Assembly (NCBI GenBank): GCA_001600815.1
Contig: BCKZ01000027.1
Location: 230,000 to 271,016, forward strand
DNA from: Alloascoidea hylecoeti
Lineage: Eukaryota
DNA: 41,017 bases
Direction: 5' to 3'
Positions 24,517-36,553 of the stretch are shown here, one piece after another; positions within the stretch are counted from its first letter, which is position 1; each line of letters begins with the position of its first letter. The notes under the pieces were generated by a model. It worked only from the letters and a program-made list of their open reading frames with translations. It was not told where the DNA came from and searched no databases. The translations under genes were made by a program, and so were the position numbers.

Positions 24517-27500
24517 TTACAGCGAAAGAACTAAGTTAACTTCAGTAAGGTCTAAAATTTCAACCTTTGTTGCTTCAACAATAACACCAACTTTTAATGG
24601 TACACTACCAGGAGTTTGTTTAAGATATGCTGATATACCCCAATCAGGTAATCTAACCAATTGTAAATCTGTATAAAAAGCATCAGAAACAATACATTTA
24701 AATGAAATTTTATTACCATTTCCACTTTTTAATAAATTTTTAATTTTATATAATGTCCAAAAAGAAATTGATTTTCTTTCAGTTTTTTTAATTAAATTTG
24801 ACATTGTTGTTATATGAATTGATGCAGGTACAATTTCATTCATTGAAAATAAAGGTTTTAATAGTGAATTATCAGTTTGATCATCATATATGTTTTGATT
24901 TAATAACAATGTTTCTAATTGCCAATGACTTATAACATCACTAAATCTTCTTAATGGTGAAGTACATTGCATATAACTGGATAAACCAAGTAATGAGTGA
25001 GGAAAAGGTATAGGTGAATAAGAAGCTCTTGAATAAAATGATAATATTTTTGTTGAATTTATAACATTTGATAATGAATTTTCATCATTGTTTTTTTGTG
25101 ATTTATTATTTAATGATTCTAAAAGTAATGGATTATAATATTTTTTAATACCATTATCATTACATTGTAGAATTAAGTTTCTATAAATACCAGGAATTTG
25201 ATATTTTTTAAAAATTAATGAATTTATAAAATTTGCCATTATCATTAATTCAGAAACTAAATTTGTTGATTTATCAATTGAATTTTCATTTTCATTATTT
25301 TTTTCTAATATTAAATTATTTTCAAAATCATTAGATAAAACCCCATTATTTTCTTTCATTAATTCATAATATAATTGTTTTGAATTTTTTAATGATAATT
25401 TTATATCATCATTAAATTCTAAATTAACACCACCATTTTTATATCTAAATTGTTTGAATTTTAATGATGCTTTGTATAAATCTTGTAAATCTGGTTTTAT
25501 TTCGTCAACATTCGAAATGACATTAATATCATTATCATTATTTAAAATTTTATTAACATTTTTATAAGTTGTTTTTTTAGGAAAATTTCGAACAATTGAT
25601 GTGAAAACTTTAGCATTATTAAAATCAAATGCTTTTAATGAATCTGATTCTAAAGGATTAAATGAAACTAAATATGTCATACATTTTGTTGGTTTCCCAT
25701 CATTACCTAAACCAGATAATTGAGATATAATCTTTGGAAACATTGGTAACGAAGTTTCTGGTAAATAAACAGTTGATGATCTTTTATAAGCAATTTTTGA
25801 AAGTGACATATTTGGTGTTAAAAATGATGTTGGATTTGCAATATTTATATAAATATTCCATTTTGTTGAAGAAATTCTTTTAATTGAAATTCCATCATCA
25901 ATTTCTTCTGCTAATTCATCATCAATACAATAAACTGGTAAATTACCTAAATCAATCCTAACATTTTGAAATTTATCATTTTTTGCATCGTCATAATTAA
26001 TTAATGATTCATAATAATCTTGTTCTAAATCAGATTGTTCGCTAATACCCTTATAAGGTAAATTTAATAATGGATTATATAATGAAATATTTGAATTTGA
26101 TGGTAAATAATCAATTTTAATTAAAAATTCTCGAACCGTATCTTTTGATATATCAATTGTTTCTAATGATGGTAATTGACGTAAAAATTTAACAAGTTTT
26201 GAAATTCCAATATCTAAATTATCAAAATTTCCTGAAACATATTCTAATAATAATTTAAAATAATCTTTATATTTTAAATTATTTATCTTTTTTTCATCAT
26301 TTGTTAAAATTTTTATATTTTGATTTTTTTCATCCATTATTTTTTTAATATATGATGAGAATCCATTAATATTTGATGAATAATTATCAGAGATTTCATT
26401 AAATAATGTTATAATTTTATGAGAATTTGTTAATGGTAATATAATTATTGACATTGATGTTGAATTTAAACAATTTCCATTAATTTTCCATAATAATGGA
26501 TTATTTTTTAAAATTAAAAAAATTGAATGAAATGTTGTTGAATCGATTTTTTTAAAAGTTTGAAATGAATCAAATTTTTTACCCATATTTATTAAATCAT
26601 TATTATTATTATTAGAATTATTAGAATTTGCATTTGAATTGATACATAAAATTCTGTCAATTATAATCATTGTATAATCAATTGTGTTTAAATTTGATTC
26701 TTTTAATTTTGAAAAATCAAATTCATTTATAATTTGAATCAGTTGAAATATTGATATCGTTTTTGGACCATCCCATGATTGTAAACATCGATGTACAATA
26801 TTAAGTTTGGCTTTATTTTCAGGCATCATATTCCATGATTTTAAAAGTAATGATTTTAATGGTAAACATATAAATTTCCTTGCTGATTCAGATACAACAT
26901 ATCTTGGTAAGTCATCTTTCAATGGATCATCCGTTAATGAGGCTCCGTCTCGTTTTCTAGATGTGCCGATAGGATCATTTTTATCAATGATATATTCTTC
27001 TATAACTGATCCTTTTAGAGCTTCCTTTTTGAAAAATTTAGGTATCGTTAGATCAAAAACAGATGGTCTCACAAATAAAACTCTACCAGTGTTGTCAATC
27101 ACCGTATATCTATCATCTTCATATGGTTTCGTGGGTAAATCTGCAATAACTCCAATCATATATACATTTGATTTAATCACAACCAAATCTCCAATATCTA
27201 ATCTGTTGAAATAATCTCTTGCCGAAAATGAAGATGATATCACATTGCCCCGTGTTGTATATCGAGATTGTATTTTCCTCCATTCTTCATCAGGCCGTGT
27301 CCTTGTTAAAGTTTTCTTATCTTCCATAGATTTGAGAATATCATCTAATGGTAAAACAAAATGTTGAATATCATCATCTACTAACCCTTTAGACTTATCC
27401 ACTATATAAGATATCCTCTTCCTTTGTAGTAAAACTGAGTTTGATCTTCCAATAACATTAGAAAAGATCAAAGACTTAACGTGGATATTTTTAAGACCAT

Positions 27501-27525
27501 TTCGTGATAAAAGCGAAAATTTCAT
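24517..27525 (-). CDS. DSS1: Mitochondrial 3'-5' exoribonuclease, RNase II/RNB family
   Basis: ATG at 27525 (MKFSLLSRNGLK, presequence-like), not the TTG at 27717; VYCIDDELAEEIDDGISI, STVYLPE, LVSELMIMAN, HSLLGLSSYMQCTSPLRRFSDVISHWQL. Confidence 0.9.
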   Translation of the reverse strand: MKFSLLSRNGLKNIHVKSLIFSNVIGRSNSVLLQRKRISYIVDKSKGLVDDDIQHFVLPLDDILKSMEDKKTLTRTRPDEEWRKIQSRYTTRGNVISSSFSARDYFNRLDIGDLVVIKSNVYMIGVIADLPTKPYEDDRYTVIDNTGRVLFVRPSVFDLTIPKFFKKEALKGSVIEEYIIDKNDPIGTSRKRDGASLTDDPLKDDLPRYVVSESARKFICLPLKSLLLKSWNMMPENKAKLNIVHRCLQSWDGPKTISIFQLIQIINEFDFSKLKESNLNTIDYTMIIIDRILCINSNANSNNSNNNNNDLINMGKKFDSFQTFKKIDSTTFHSIFLILKNNPLLWKINGNCLNSTSMSIIILPLTNSHKIITLFNEISDNYSSNINGFSSYIKKIMDEKNQNIKILTNDEKKINNLKYKDYFKLLLEYVSGNFDNLDIGISKLVKFLRQLPSLETIDISKDTVREFLIKIDYLPSNSNISLYNPLLNLPYKGISEQSDLEQDYYESLINYDDAKNDKFQNVRIDLGNLPVYCIDDELAEEIDDGISIKRISSTKWNIYINIANPTSFLTPNMSLSKIAYKRSSTVYLPETSLPMFPKIISQLSGLGNDGKPTKCMTYLVSFNPLESDSLKAFDFNNAKVFTSIVRNFPKKTTYKNVNKILNNDNDINVISNVDEIKPDLQDLYKASLKFKQFRYKNGGVNLEFNDDIKLSLKNSKQLYYELMKENNGVLSNDFENNLILEKNNENENSIDKSTNLVSELMIMANFINSLIFKKYQIPGIYRNLILQCNDNGIKKYYNPLLLESLNNKSQKNNDENSLSNVINSTKILSFYSRASYSPIPFPHSLLGLSSYMQCTSPLRRFSDVISHWQLETLLLNQNIYDDQTDNSLLKPLFSMNEIVPASIHITTMSNLIKKTERKSISFWTLYKIKNLLKSGNGNKISFKCIVSDAFYTDLQLVRLPDWGISAYLKQTPGSVPLKVGVIVEATKVEILDLTEVNLVLSL

Positions 27526-27947
27526 TTTGTATCCAAGAAGGTTTTTTGTTTTGAAAATTAATATATTTTGGAGTATCACGTGCTCCACTATCAACCCGGG
27601 TGGGAACATACAAAACATCCGGAATAAACAGCTTACGATTAATAGCAACAAGAGTAGTTTACATCTCAAAACCAAACAATTCAGAATAACTTTGATGCCC
27701 GAAACAAAAGGAAGCAAGTAGAGAAGTCATCAAAGTATCCAACAAACAAAAGAATGCTACCACAAAAGTACAAGAAACCATTAAAAAAACATATGCAAAA
27801 TGCTACAAACAAACAACTTCGTCAAGAAATTAAAAAAAAGTAAACAAACTGTCATATTTCATATACCACCTACATACATAAATCATATAGCATGGCCATA
27901 TATTGAAACAATATGTATGTATTATATATGAGCTTTATATTACTGAA

Positions 27948-29398
27948 TTATGAAGAAAATTGACATTTTATACCAAAATCTTTAATTTCAGGTACATTAT
28001 TTATAAAATTTAATTGAATTCCAGTACTTATTAAAAATTCTTTATATCTACCTTCCCATAATAATTTAACTGTTTTATCATTAATACTTGTACTTGCTTT
28101 AATAACATTTGAAAATTCTGATTCATCAACTAATGTATTAAATGTTGATATTGGATTTAAATCAGAATTTGAATTTGGACTATCATTATCATCTATTAAA
28201 TTTTTTGATGATGATGAAGTTACGTTATCATCATGTTTTCTCCATAATTCACAACCCATTTGTAAATTACTCTGATATGAATAAGCATTAAAATCATATT
28301 GTGAACAAAACGCTGAACCAACTGATGTTCTAACAGCATAAGAAGTACTTATATGCCCAACAATTGGATTACATGCTAATGTCATTGTTAATGGTTTACC
28401 AGTATATGATGATTGTGTTGTATATCTTAATGCAGTTGATACTAAGTAAAATGTTAGTCATAGTCATATATAGAGATTAGATTTATATTTGAATTGAACT
28501 TACAACCAGGACTTTTATTTAAAGCACCATAATAAATTTCACCACCAAAAGAAAATCTAGATGGTGATTTATCTTTTAAACTTTCTTCAAATCCAATATT
28601 ATATAAACCTCGGAAACCAATTAATGATTCAGTTGTTGAATAAATGAATTCATTGAGGTATTTTCCAGCATATCTTTGTAATATCATCATCATCTATAAC
28701 CATTGTTAGTTTAAAAAAGTCATAATACTATATTATGGTCGTTTCTTACAGATCCTTTATTCTTCATTGCTTCATCACTAACGCAAGCAAGATATAATTG
28801 AGTCATTGGAGATATTCGCCTTATGAGCATAGCTTCTAAAGCAGAACCAGGCAAATGTAGTCTTCCATATAATAAAGTATCTTTTTTAATAATAAGATTA
28901 GTGTTGTAATCGAATAAAAATTAAGTAAAATCTAATCAATTACCTTTTTTATCAATTCTTCTACCATTTTTCCAAATCTCTAGATATTTTGAATCTTCTG
29001 GTTTTTTTAATGGCTCAATCATTCTATAACCTAATATAGCATCTTGTAAATTAACTTCTTTTGTATTTGAAACATTGGTTAATGGTTTTGTTGAGTATAG
29101 ATAAGCAATTGATCCATTGATCATCCCAAGATTTGATAGAATATATGAATTTGCTGTTGAAAGGGATGGTTGTGAAGCTATTTCTAAAGAAAACCCTTTT
29201 GGAATTGGGAAATCCAAAATTGCTATAGATTTTTATAAATTTGATGGTTAAAATAATTAAAATTGTGTTGATTTACTGTTTTTTATCTATTTAAAATATA
29301 CCTTTTGAAGTAGCAGTAACCGACGAAAATTGATTGTTTTCATTCCAATCAGTAGCAGCATAAAAACAACGCCGTATGTACTCCATATATGGCTGCAT
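27948..29398 (-). CDS. MDM10: Mitochondrial outer-membrane ERMES/SAM beta-barrel Mdm10, 396 aa; exons 29398-29302, 29222-28944, 28880-28750, 28693-28504, 28441-27948
   Basis: MQPYMEYIRRCFYAATDWN..NQF, LLYGRLHLP, GGEIYYGALNKSPGLSTALRY, NPIVGHIS, FNAYSYQS, LLWEGRYKEFL; four introns preserve frame. Confidence 0.94.
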
Positions 29399-29624
29399 CC
29401 CTCTGCCTATCAAAACCAAAAAAGTGGTGAAGATGGTTTCGGAAAGATTGAAAGGAGGTTTGGTTACCCCGAAACGTTAAAAAATTCACCACAAAACAGA
29501 AGAAAGTAAATATTTAAGAAAAAAAATTGAAATATATGTTTGAGTGAAAAACACAACAACGACAACTCTTTTTCTACTCGACTGATAACTGTAAAAGTTC
29601 AAATAAAAAGAAAAATAGTACTAA

Positions 29625-31098
29625 ATGGCAGAAGCTGATTTATATGGTATTTTGGGTATACAGCGAAATGCTACTGCGACGGAGATCCGGAAGGCATATA
29701 GAAAAGCTGCGTTACAAAATCATCCAGACAAAGTCAAAGAAGAAGAAAGAGAAGAAGCTGGACATAGATTCAAAGAAATAAGTCGAGCATATGAAATTTT
29801 ATCCGATGGTATGTTATCATTTTATCGTAAATGTTAATTTATTAACTAATGCAATTCTTTTATTATATCTTTTGTAGAAACAACGAGAAAAGAATATGAT
29901 CTTTATGGATTAAATGGTAAACCAGAATCAGCAGGTTTTGGATTTGATCAAGAATATCAAGATTTTAATCCTGATGATTTTTACAATTTTTTTCAAAATA
30001 TGAATATGAATAATGATATGAATTCAAATGGTGGGGTACCACCACCACCAACACAAAAATCAAAAACTGATGATGCAAAAGTTGATGTTGTTGTTACATT
30101 AGAAGATTTATTTAAAGGGAAAGTGGTTAAGATAACAAGTACGAGGAATATATTATGTTCTGTTTGTATCGGGTATGTGAAAACTTTATATGACAATAAC
30201 AGGTATCAATTACTAATTATCTTTTCTTTTTTTTAGCACTGGAGCAAAAGCAAATTCTCCAAGTAAACAATGTGGCACTTGTGAAGGAACAGGACAAGTT
30301 AAAAAGATAAAACGAGTAGCTCCTGGAATGGTTACAAATGAATATGTAACATGCACAGAATGTAGTGGAAGAGGGAAAATTCATAGAGTTAAAGATAGAT
30401 GCAAAAAATGTAAAGCAACGGGAGTTGTTGAAGAGACAAAAATACTTGAATTTTATATACCAAAGGGTGCAAGGAGTGGGGATAGTGTGGCATTATCTGG
30501 TGAATCTGATCAAGCTCCTGGTAAAATCACTGGTGATGTTATATTAACTTTTACTCAAGCACCACATTCAACTTTTTTAAGAAAAGGTGATGATTTATAC
30601 ACTGAAATATCAATATCTTTAGTTGATGCTTTATGTGGATTTTCAAGGGTTGTTGTTAAGCATTTAGATGGAAGAGGGATTAGAGTTACAACTCCAAGAG
30701 GTAAAGTTATTAGGCCAAATCATTGTTTTATGATTAAGCATGAAGGTATGCCAGTTAAAGGTCAAGAAAAAAGAGGTGACATGTATATTAAAATAAATAT
30801 TGAGTTCCCTCCTGATGGCTGGTGTGTTGAAGCTTCTGAAATTAAATTAATACAACAAGTTTTGCCTGGTCAAAGATTAAGACCGGAAATTGAAGTTTCA
30901 AAATCGGATATTGATGATGTTGATGTATCATTAAGAAGTATTGGTCAATTACCTCGTTACCCTGATGAAGAAGATAGTTTTGGTGATAGACATTATGGTA
31001 GTAATTATGGAAGTTTTTATGGTGGTCATTCATCTGATGGTGCTGCTAGTCCAACTTCCTCTGAAGGTGGCCGACAACCGGGTTGTGCAATGCAATAA
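29625..31098 (+). CDS. XDJ1: Type I DnaJ/Hsp40 co-chaperone (Xdj1-like), 446 aa; exons 29625-29808, 29878-30172, 30237-31098
   Basis: J domain with HPDK, four CxxCxGxG-type repeats, C-terminal CAAX (CAMQ); two GTATGT..TAG introns. Paralog call over YDJ1 is from recalled sequence. Confidence 0.85.
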
Positions 31099-32043
31099 TT
31101 ATGAATATCAAATAAATAATAGACTTATTGGAAATATCAAAGTTATCAAAAGTATAGCACGCGCACTGACAATACCAAAAAGTAAAATCATAAAATGAAC
31201 TTCCTTTGCATATATAAATAATTGGACTATTATTGTTTTCACTTTTTGATACTTTTTCTATATATATAAAAGTGCATTTTAATTCTGCAATTATCTCTCT
31301 AGCCTTCACATTTGATTGTTTTTATTACTTTATCTTCCTATTCTATATCTATATCTATATTTATATTTATATTTATATTTATTCATATTTATATTAATAT
31401 TTATATTTATTCATATTTATATTAATATTTAATCTGGTAATTTAATGTATGATGTTCAGTTATTTATAATTATAAAAGATTATTGAATAGGCATGATTAA
31501 TTGTTTCTGTTATTGTTATTGCTGCTATTAGTAAAAAATTCTATGATCTGATTAAGATGTATTAGTGTTAAATTTGTGTATAGATTAATTACCTTAATTG
31601 TATAAACTAATTAATATTGTGCACGGTACTGAATTTGAAAATATGAGAGTATATGGCCCTATAGATATGCACTAATTTTAATACAGATTGATATTGTTTG
31701 GCAGTTTTTAAGCTAAGGGTAAAGATGATAATTTGACTCGGATCCATGACCACTATAACTAAGAACTTTCAATATTAAATAAATATAAATGTAAAAAAGG
31801 AATATAAAAAATTGTATATATTTTGTTTGCAATTTTGCAATTACATTTAAAGATGAAAATAAAAATCATAAAACAAATATAGAGTTCAACTAATCCATAG
31901 TTTTTAACTATAATATGAAAATGTAACAGAGGTTGATATAAAAAAGAAGTTAAAAAAAGAATGGGAGTATATATAAAAAGATAGTGAGAAAAATTCACGA
32001 GTATCCGACATAATTTGTATAATGGACTTAGTTATACATTTCC

Positions 32044-33135
32044 CTAAAGTAATAAATCATCCAATTCATCATTTGATAAACCAATTTCTTTTGATTTTTT
32101 TCTTGGTTCATTATGATCATCATCATCATTATTGTTTTTATTATTATGATTATCATCATCATCATCATCATTTTCTTTATGAATCGTTATTTTATTATTC
32201 TTTTTATTAAGATTTCTCATTGAATCAATGTTATATTTTTTAGCTTCTGATGATTTTGTTGAACTCATAAATCCATTTTTTTTCATTTTTGAAGTATCAT
32301 TAATATTTATATTTTTTTTCTTCTTTTCAATTAAATTTGGTGTTTCTGCTAATCTAATAGTTTTTCTTAATTTATTATTAATTGTTATTAAAATTGGGTT
32401 TTTATTTTTATTATTATCATTGATGTTATTATGATTTTTTATAACTTTTCGAATCGGATAATGTATTCTATTATTTTTTATAACTGGCCTTTTGAATTTT
32501 GATTCATGTTCTTCATCTGAGCTATGACTTAAATCTAGTTTAAATAATTCATCATGATTATGATTATGATTGTTATTAATTAATTCTTTTAATGATTCAT
32601 TATCATTGTCATTATCATTCTCCTTATTATCAGAAGATGATATATTTGAAAATAAATCTAAATTTATTTCCTCATAATCTAATGGAATTTCACGTATTTC
32701 TGGTTGTTTAGGAGGCATATATTCAATATCCCAATCATCATTATTTTCTCTCTTTTGTAATTCTGTTTCAATTGTTGTTTCTGTTGCTATTACTTGTTGT
32801 TGTTCTACTTCTTTTTCTAATAATTCTTCTTCATCTTCACTTATAAATTTCTTATCTAATTTTTTTAAAGTTGTAAACAAATTACCACCATTCGCTTTAA
32901 TTGTATTCTGTTGAATTGTTTTAACATTTGCATCTTTACCACCTAATGGAATTCTATTTGGAGTCATAAACATATTTCTTTTAATAGTTGTTGAATTTAA
33001 ATTTAAATTTAAGTTTTTACCAGGTAAAATAGCATTCTCATTATTACGTTGTAAAGAATTTTGCTTTTGTAATTGTTTTTTAGTGGTTAAATCTTTAATA
33101 TCATTCTCTTTATTCGTAAAATTTGTTGATAACAT
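32044..33135 (-). CDS. PDS1: Securin (Pds1-like)
   Basis: N-terminal KEN box, D-box RIPLGGKDAN, DIEYMPPKQPEI..IPLDY motif and C-terminal GLSNDELDDLL, all resembling Pds1 motifs. Confidence 0.75.
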   Translation of the reverse strand: MLSTNFTNKENDIKDLTTKKQLQKQNSLQRNNENAILPGKNLNLNLNSTTIKRNMFMTPNRIPLGGKDANVKTIQQNTIKANGGNLFTTLKKLDKKFISEDEEELLEKEVEQQQVIATETTIETELQKRENNDDWDIEYMPPKQPEIREIPLDYEEINLDLFSNISSSDNKENDNDNDNESLKELINNNHNHNHDELFKLDLSHSSDEEHESKFKRPVIKNNRIHYPIRKVIKNHNNINDNNKNKNPILITINNKLRKTIRLAETPNLIEKKKKNININDTSKMKKNGFMSSTKSSEAKKYNIDSMRNLNKKNNKITIHKENDDDDDDNHNNKNNNDDDDHNEPRKKSKEIGLSNDELDDLLL

Positions 33136-33554
33136 TTGTTTATCTTTAAGATTTTATACAACGATAACAAAATTATTATATATTTATTTTTAAGACTATT
33201 AAAAAAAAAATAGAATCGTTATAGTTATAAATAAATTGTTAACCGGAAATAATAAAAAAATGAAAGGAATAAAATGAAAATAGACTGATTGGGAGGTTTG
33301 TTTATCCATTTCCTAAACAGAACACCCACACACCCAACCTTAGGTCATGATTGGCACAACATCCTATTATAGACTAATTGGAATGCATCCAGTTTAAATT
33401 AATTGGAACTTTCAGTCAAATATTTGTTATATTGTTTGATTCCAACAATTTATAACCTTTGTCATTATTTTGGTCATCATTTCTGGGGATATCCAGAAGT
33501 TTAAGCCTGGAAAACACAGGTCTAACATATAAGACATATAAGCTAAATAAAATA

Positions 33555-34585
33555 TTAAAAATACCCTTTTAGAGATTGAGGTTTATATTCATCCTCCAAA
33601 TATTTAATATCATCTTCAGTTAATCTAACATTCAGAGCTTCAATAGCTTCTTCAATTCTTTTAACACTAGTTAATCCAACAGTTGGAGATCCACCTTTTT
33701 CAAATAGCCAAGCTAAGGCAATCTGTGACATTAATACATTTTTCCCCTTCGCTAAATTTTCTACTCTAGTATGAACTTTTTTGATTGCTTCATCCATATC
33801 TTTAAATCCACCCAGAATCAAACCACCAGATCTTTCTGAATCTGGATTAAAAGGACGTGTTAAAAGACCCGATGCTAATGGCGCCCACGGTATAATCCCA
33901 ACCCCAGTTTCTTCACAGTAAGGTATCATTTCTCTTTCTTCTTCTCTATATAATAAATTATAATGGTTTTGCATTGAAATGAATTTAGTAAAACCATGTT
34001 TTGCAGCTGTTGATTGTAAATTTGCAAATTGATATGCTTTCATTGTTGAAGCGCCAATATATCTGACTTTACCAGATTGAACAACATGATGTAATGTTTC
34101 CATTATTTCTTTGTCTGGTGTAGTTGGATCATATCTATGAACTTGTAGAACATCAATATAAGTACCTAATCTTTCAACTGAAGCATTGACAGCATCAATA
34201 ATATATTTTCTTGATAAACCACATTGATTAACATAAGGTAATTTATAGGGATTCATATTAATTGTTCCATCAACAGCATTTTCTTGATCATTTGGATCAG
34301 TTGAGTAATAATTATAACATTTTGATAATATTACAATTGGAGATCTTTTAATTTTATATTTTTTTAAAAATTCACCAATTAATTGCTCTGATAATCCATT
34401 ACTATAAACATCCGCTGTGTCAAAAGTATTAATACCTTTATCATAAACTTCTTTCATTAAATCCATGATTTTATTCTTATCATCAATTATCCATGGCATC
34501 CAGTTTTTACTACCAAATGACATACAACCAAGGATAGTTTGTGAGATTTTAAGACCAGAGAGTTTCCAAGATTATTGTAGAGCAT
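33555..34585 (-). pseudogene. Aldo-keto reductase (aryl-alcohol dehydrogenase/YPL088W-like) with a 5' frameshift
   Basis: FDTADVYSNG, IDVLQVHRYD, GKVRYIGAS, SMQNHYNLLYREEEREM. The expected N-terminus MLYNNLGNSGLKISQTILGCMSFG is split by an extra CT at ~34557-34560. Confidence 0.75.
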
Positions 34586-35370
34586 TTGAATTTAATAGTA
34601 TACGTATTGTGATTGATTCTATTATGAAGGATAGCATCCTTATTTATATTCATAAGTATAACTTATACAATTTATATAGCTGGAAGATATATAAGCTGCA
34701 AAATTCTGGTTACTTGTTCATAATATATACGAATTATACTTGTTACAATATAATCGTAGCTATATAAAGAGCTATAATTTTAGGTTTAACTTGCACCTAT
34801 TATCGTAATCAAAAAAATAGCTGATAAGATCGACCAAACAAAAACTAAAAAACACACCAACTAAATTAAACTAATATATAATATCCATATAGATCTAAAA
34901 ACCTAAGTGTGATGTGTTCCATAAAAATGGAACGCACATCCAACGTCAACGTCAGCCCATCTCATTAGCATTATTAGCTGGTCATGGCTGCTAAAATGTG
35001 CCTAAAATTATTATAAGATTTAAAATTAAAGTAAGCAAATTGAACCAGTTGTGCAAGTATTTATATTTATATTTCAGTTTCAAATGAATTATTTATTGAG
35101 CTGGAGGACTAGATTAAGATAGAAAACGCAATTTTTTTTATCATAAATTTAATTCTTAATTCAGGTAAGCCCATTTATATTTCTTCATATTATACCGGTA
35201 TAAAGAAGTCTTAAATATTAATAAGAAAATCATCATTAATATTACACAATCCATCCGAGAGAACCAATTTGTGGTAACGGTATCTTCTAACTAAACTTGT
35301 TGGAAACGAAGTAACCATTGATTTAAAAAATGTTGCATACGTTCTCTCTGAATACATGTAATACAATTTA

Positions 35371-35494
35371 CAGTAATTTGCGTAAATATCGACCACTTGT
35401 AGACCTAAATATTCGCCCACAGTTGAGACACTATTCCTCCACACGTTGAATTAATACTTCAACCACACGATATAATAATATTCGAATTCCAACC
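35371..35494 (+). repeat. Putative Tc1-type terminus (TA|CAGTAA) with a ~23-bp degenerate array, core AATATTCGACCAC (array A1)
   Basis: CCAC anchors at 35393, 35417, 35439, 35463; same core as the array at 38142-38302. Confidence 0.7.
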
Positions 35495-35503
35495 ATCATA
35501 ACG

Positions 35504-35646
35504 TTTGACACTTCGTAGAGCAATTAGTTCGATACTTAGGTTTTGAATATTTCGACATTTCGAAGACGATTAATTCGACATTTTATGTTTGGTGGGACAA
35601 TATTTAAAACCTAAGTATCGAACTAATTGCTCTACGAAGTGTCAAA
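35504..35646. repeat. Perfect 41-bp inverted repeat (48 bp with one mismatch), 47-nt inner spacer
   Basis: TTTGACACTTCGTAGAGCAATTAGTTCGATACTTAGGTTTT at 35504-35544; exact reverse complement at 35606-35646. Confidence 0.97.
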
Positions 35647-36198
35647 AGTGATGACGAAATATGTGTCAAATTCGCGTCGAAATTATTTAAAGCTGAGTAA
35701 CAAAAATATGTTTACCTTCATAATTTCCAAAACCCATAATGTCGAACATTGGCACACGACAGTGATGAAGAGGACTTTCGTGGATGGCAAATTGTGACTG
35801 GAAAAACTGTACTAAACTTTTGGCGAAATTACATTTACTATGCATATACATATGATGCGGCTCACGGAAATTGACAGGCAGCCATTTTTTCAACCCTAAA
35901 GAAGTTATCCACCAACGACACTAAATTTAATTTTAAAGACGTAAATCGATAGATAAATGGCCAAATAAAATTACTATGCTCTTATTTTTTTTTTGTTTGC
36001 GTTGTGAAGTTCATTAGTTTTCAAATATAGGCTGCATGCACAAAGTCAGATATGATTACCCTATGAATACAGAGTACTTAATAAAGTAGGTATACATATG
36101 TGCCGGAATAGGGTACCAACACATGAGCATGTCCTAATATATATATATGGAAATATATATGGAAATTTCCAAATCGTCGGCCGTCCCTGCACTATGTA

Positions 36199-36553
36199 CA
36201 GTCTTCCATCTATTAATAGCGCTATTTCCAAAAAGAATTAGCGATATGTCTGAGAATTAATTTGCGTTATTTTCGTAAATTAATTAGCGTTCGTTTTGGA
36301 AATTAATTAAAATAAAATTTGATAATTAATTAGCGCTATTCTATAAACTAATTTAGCGATCCGTACGAATGATTGATTAGCCACTGATTTGAAAATCAGC
36401 AAGTAATCTGTGCGAAGTACTATTAGCGAATTTGCCGAAAATTAATTAGACATATCTTTGAAATTTAATTGGCGCTGTTTGTAAGAGAATATTGGTGCTA
36501 TGTACGAGAATTAATTAGCGCTGTGTGTGGGAGCTAATTAGCTATTTTCCTGA
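36199..36553 (+). repeat. Putative Tc1-type terminus (TA|CAGTCT) with 15 degenerate 23-bp units, core AATTAATTAGCGCTAT (array B)
   Basis: TAGCG-type anchors at 36217, 36239, 36262, 36285, 36308, 36331, 36354, 36378, 36401, 36424, 36447, 36470, 36493, 36516, 36539. Confidence 0.9.

Noticed and set aside
27526..27717. N-terminal extension of DSS1 from TTG at 27717
   Set aside because: Non-ATG start; the region holds promoter-like motifs; the ATG at 27525 gives a plausible presequence.
31340..31432. AT-rich tandem duplications downstream of XDJ1
   Set aside because: Ordinary low-complexity slippage in a terminator region.
35211..35444. 77-aa minus-strand ORF
   Set aside because: GTG start, overlaps repeat array A1, no recognisable motif.
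36199..36553. CRISPR array interpretation of the core-plus-variable units
   Set aside because: Units total only 23 bp, cores are degenerate, variable parts are ~8-10 nt, the context is eukaryotic and no cas genes are present.
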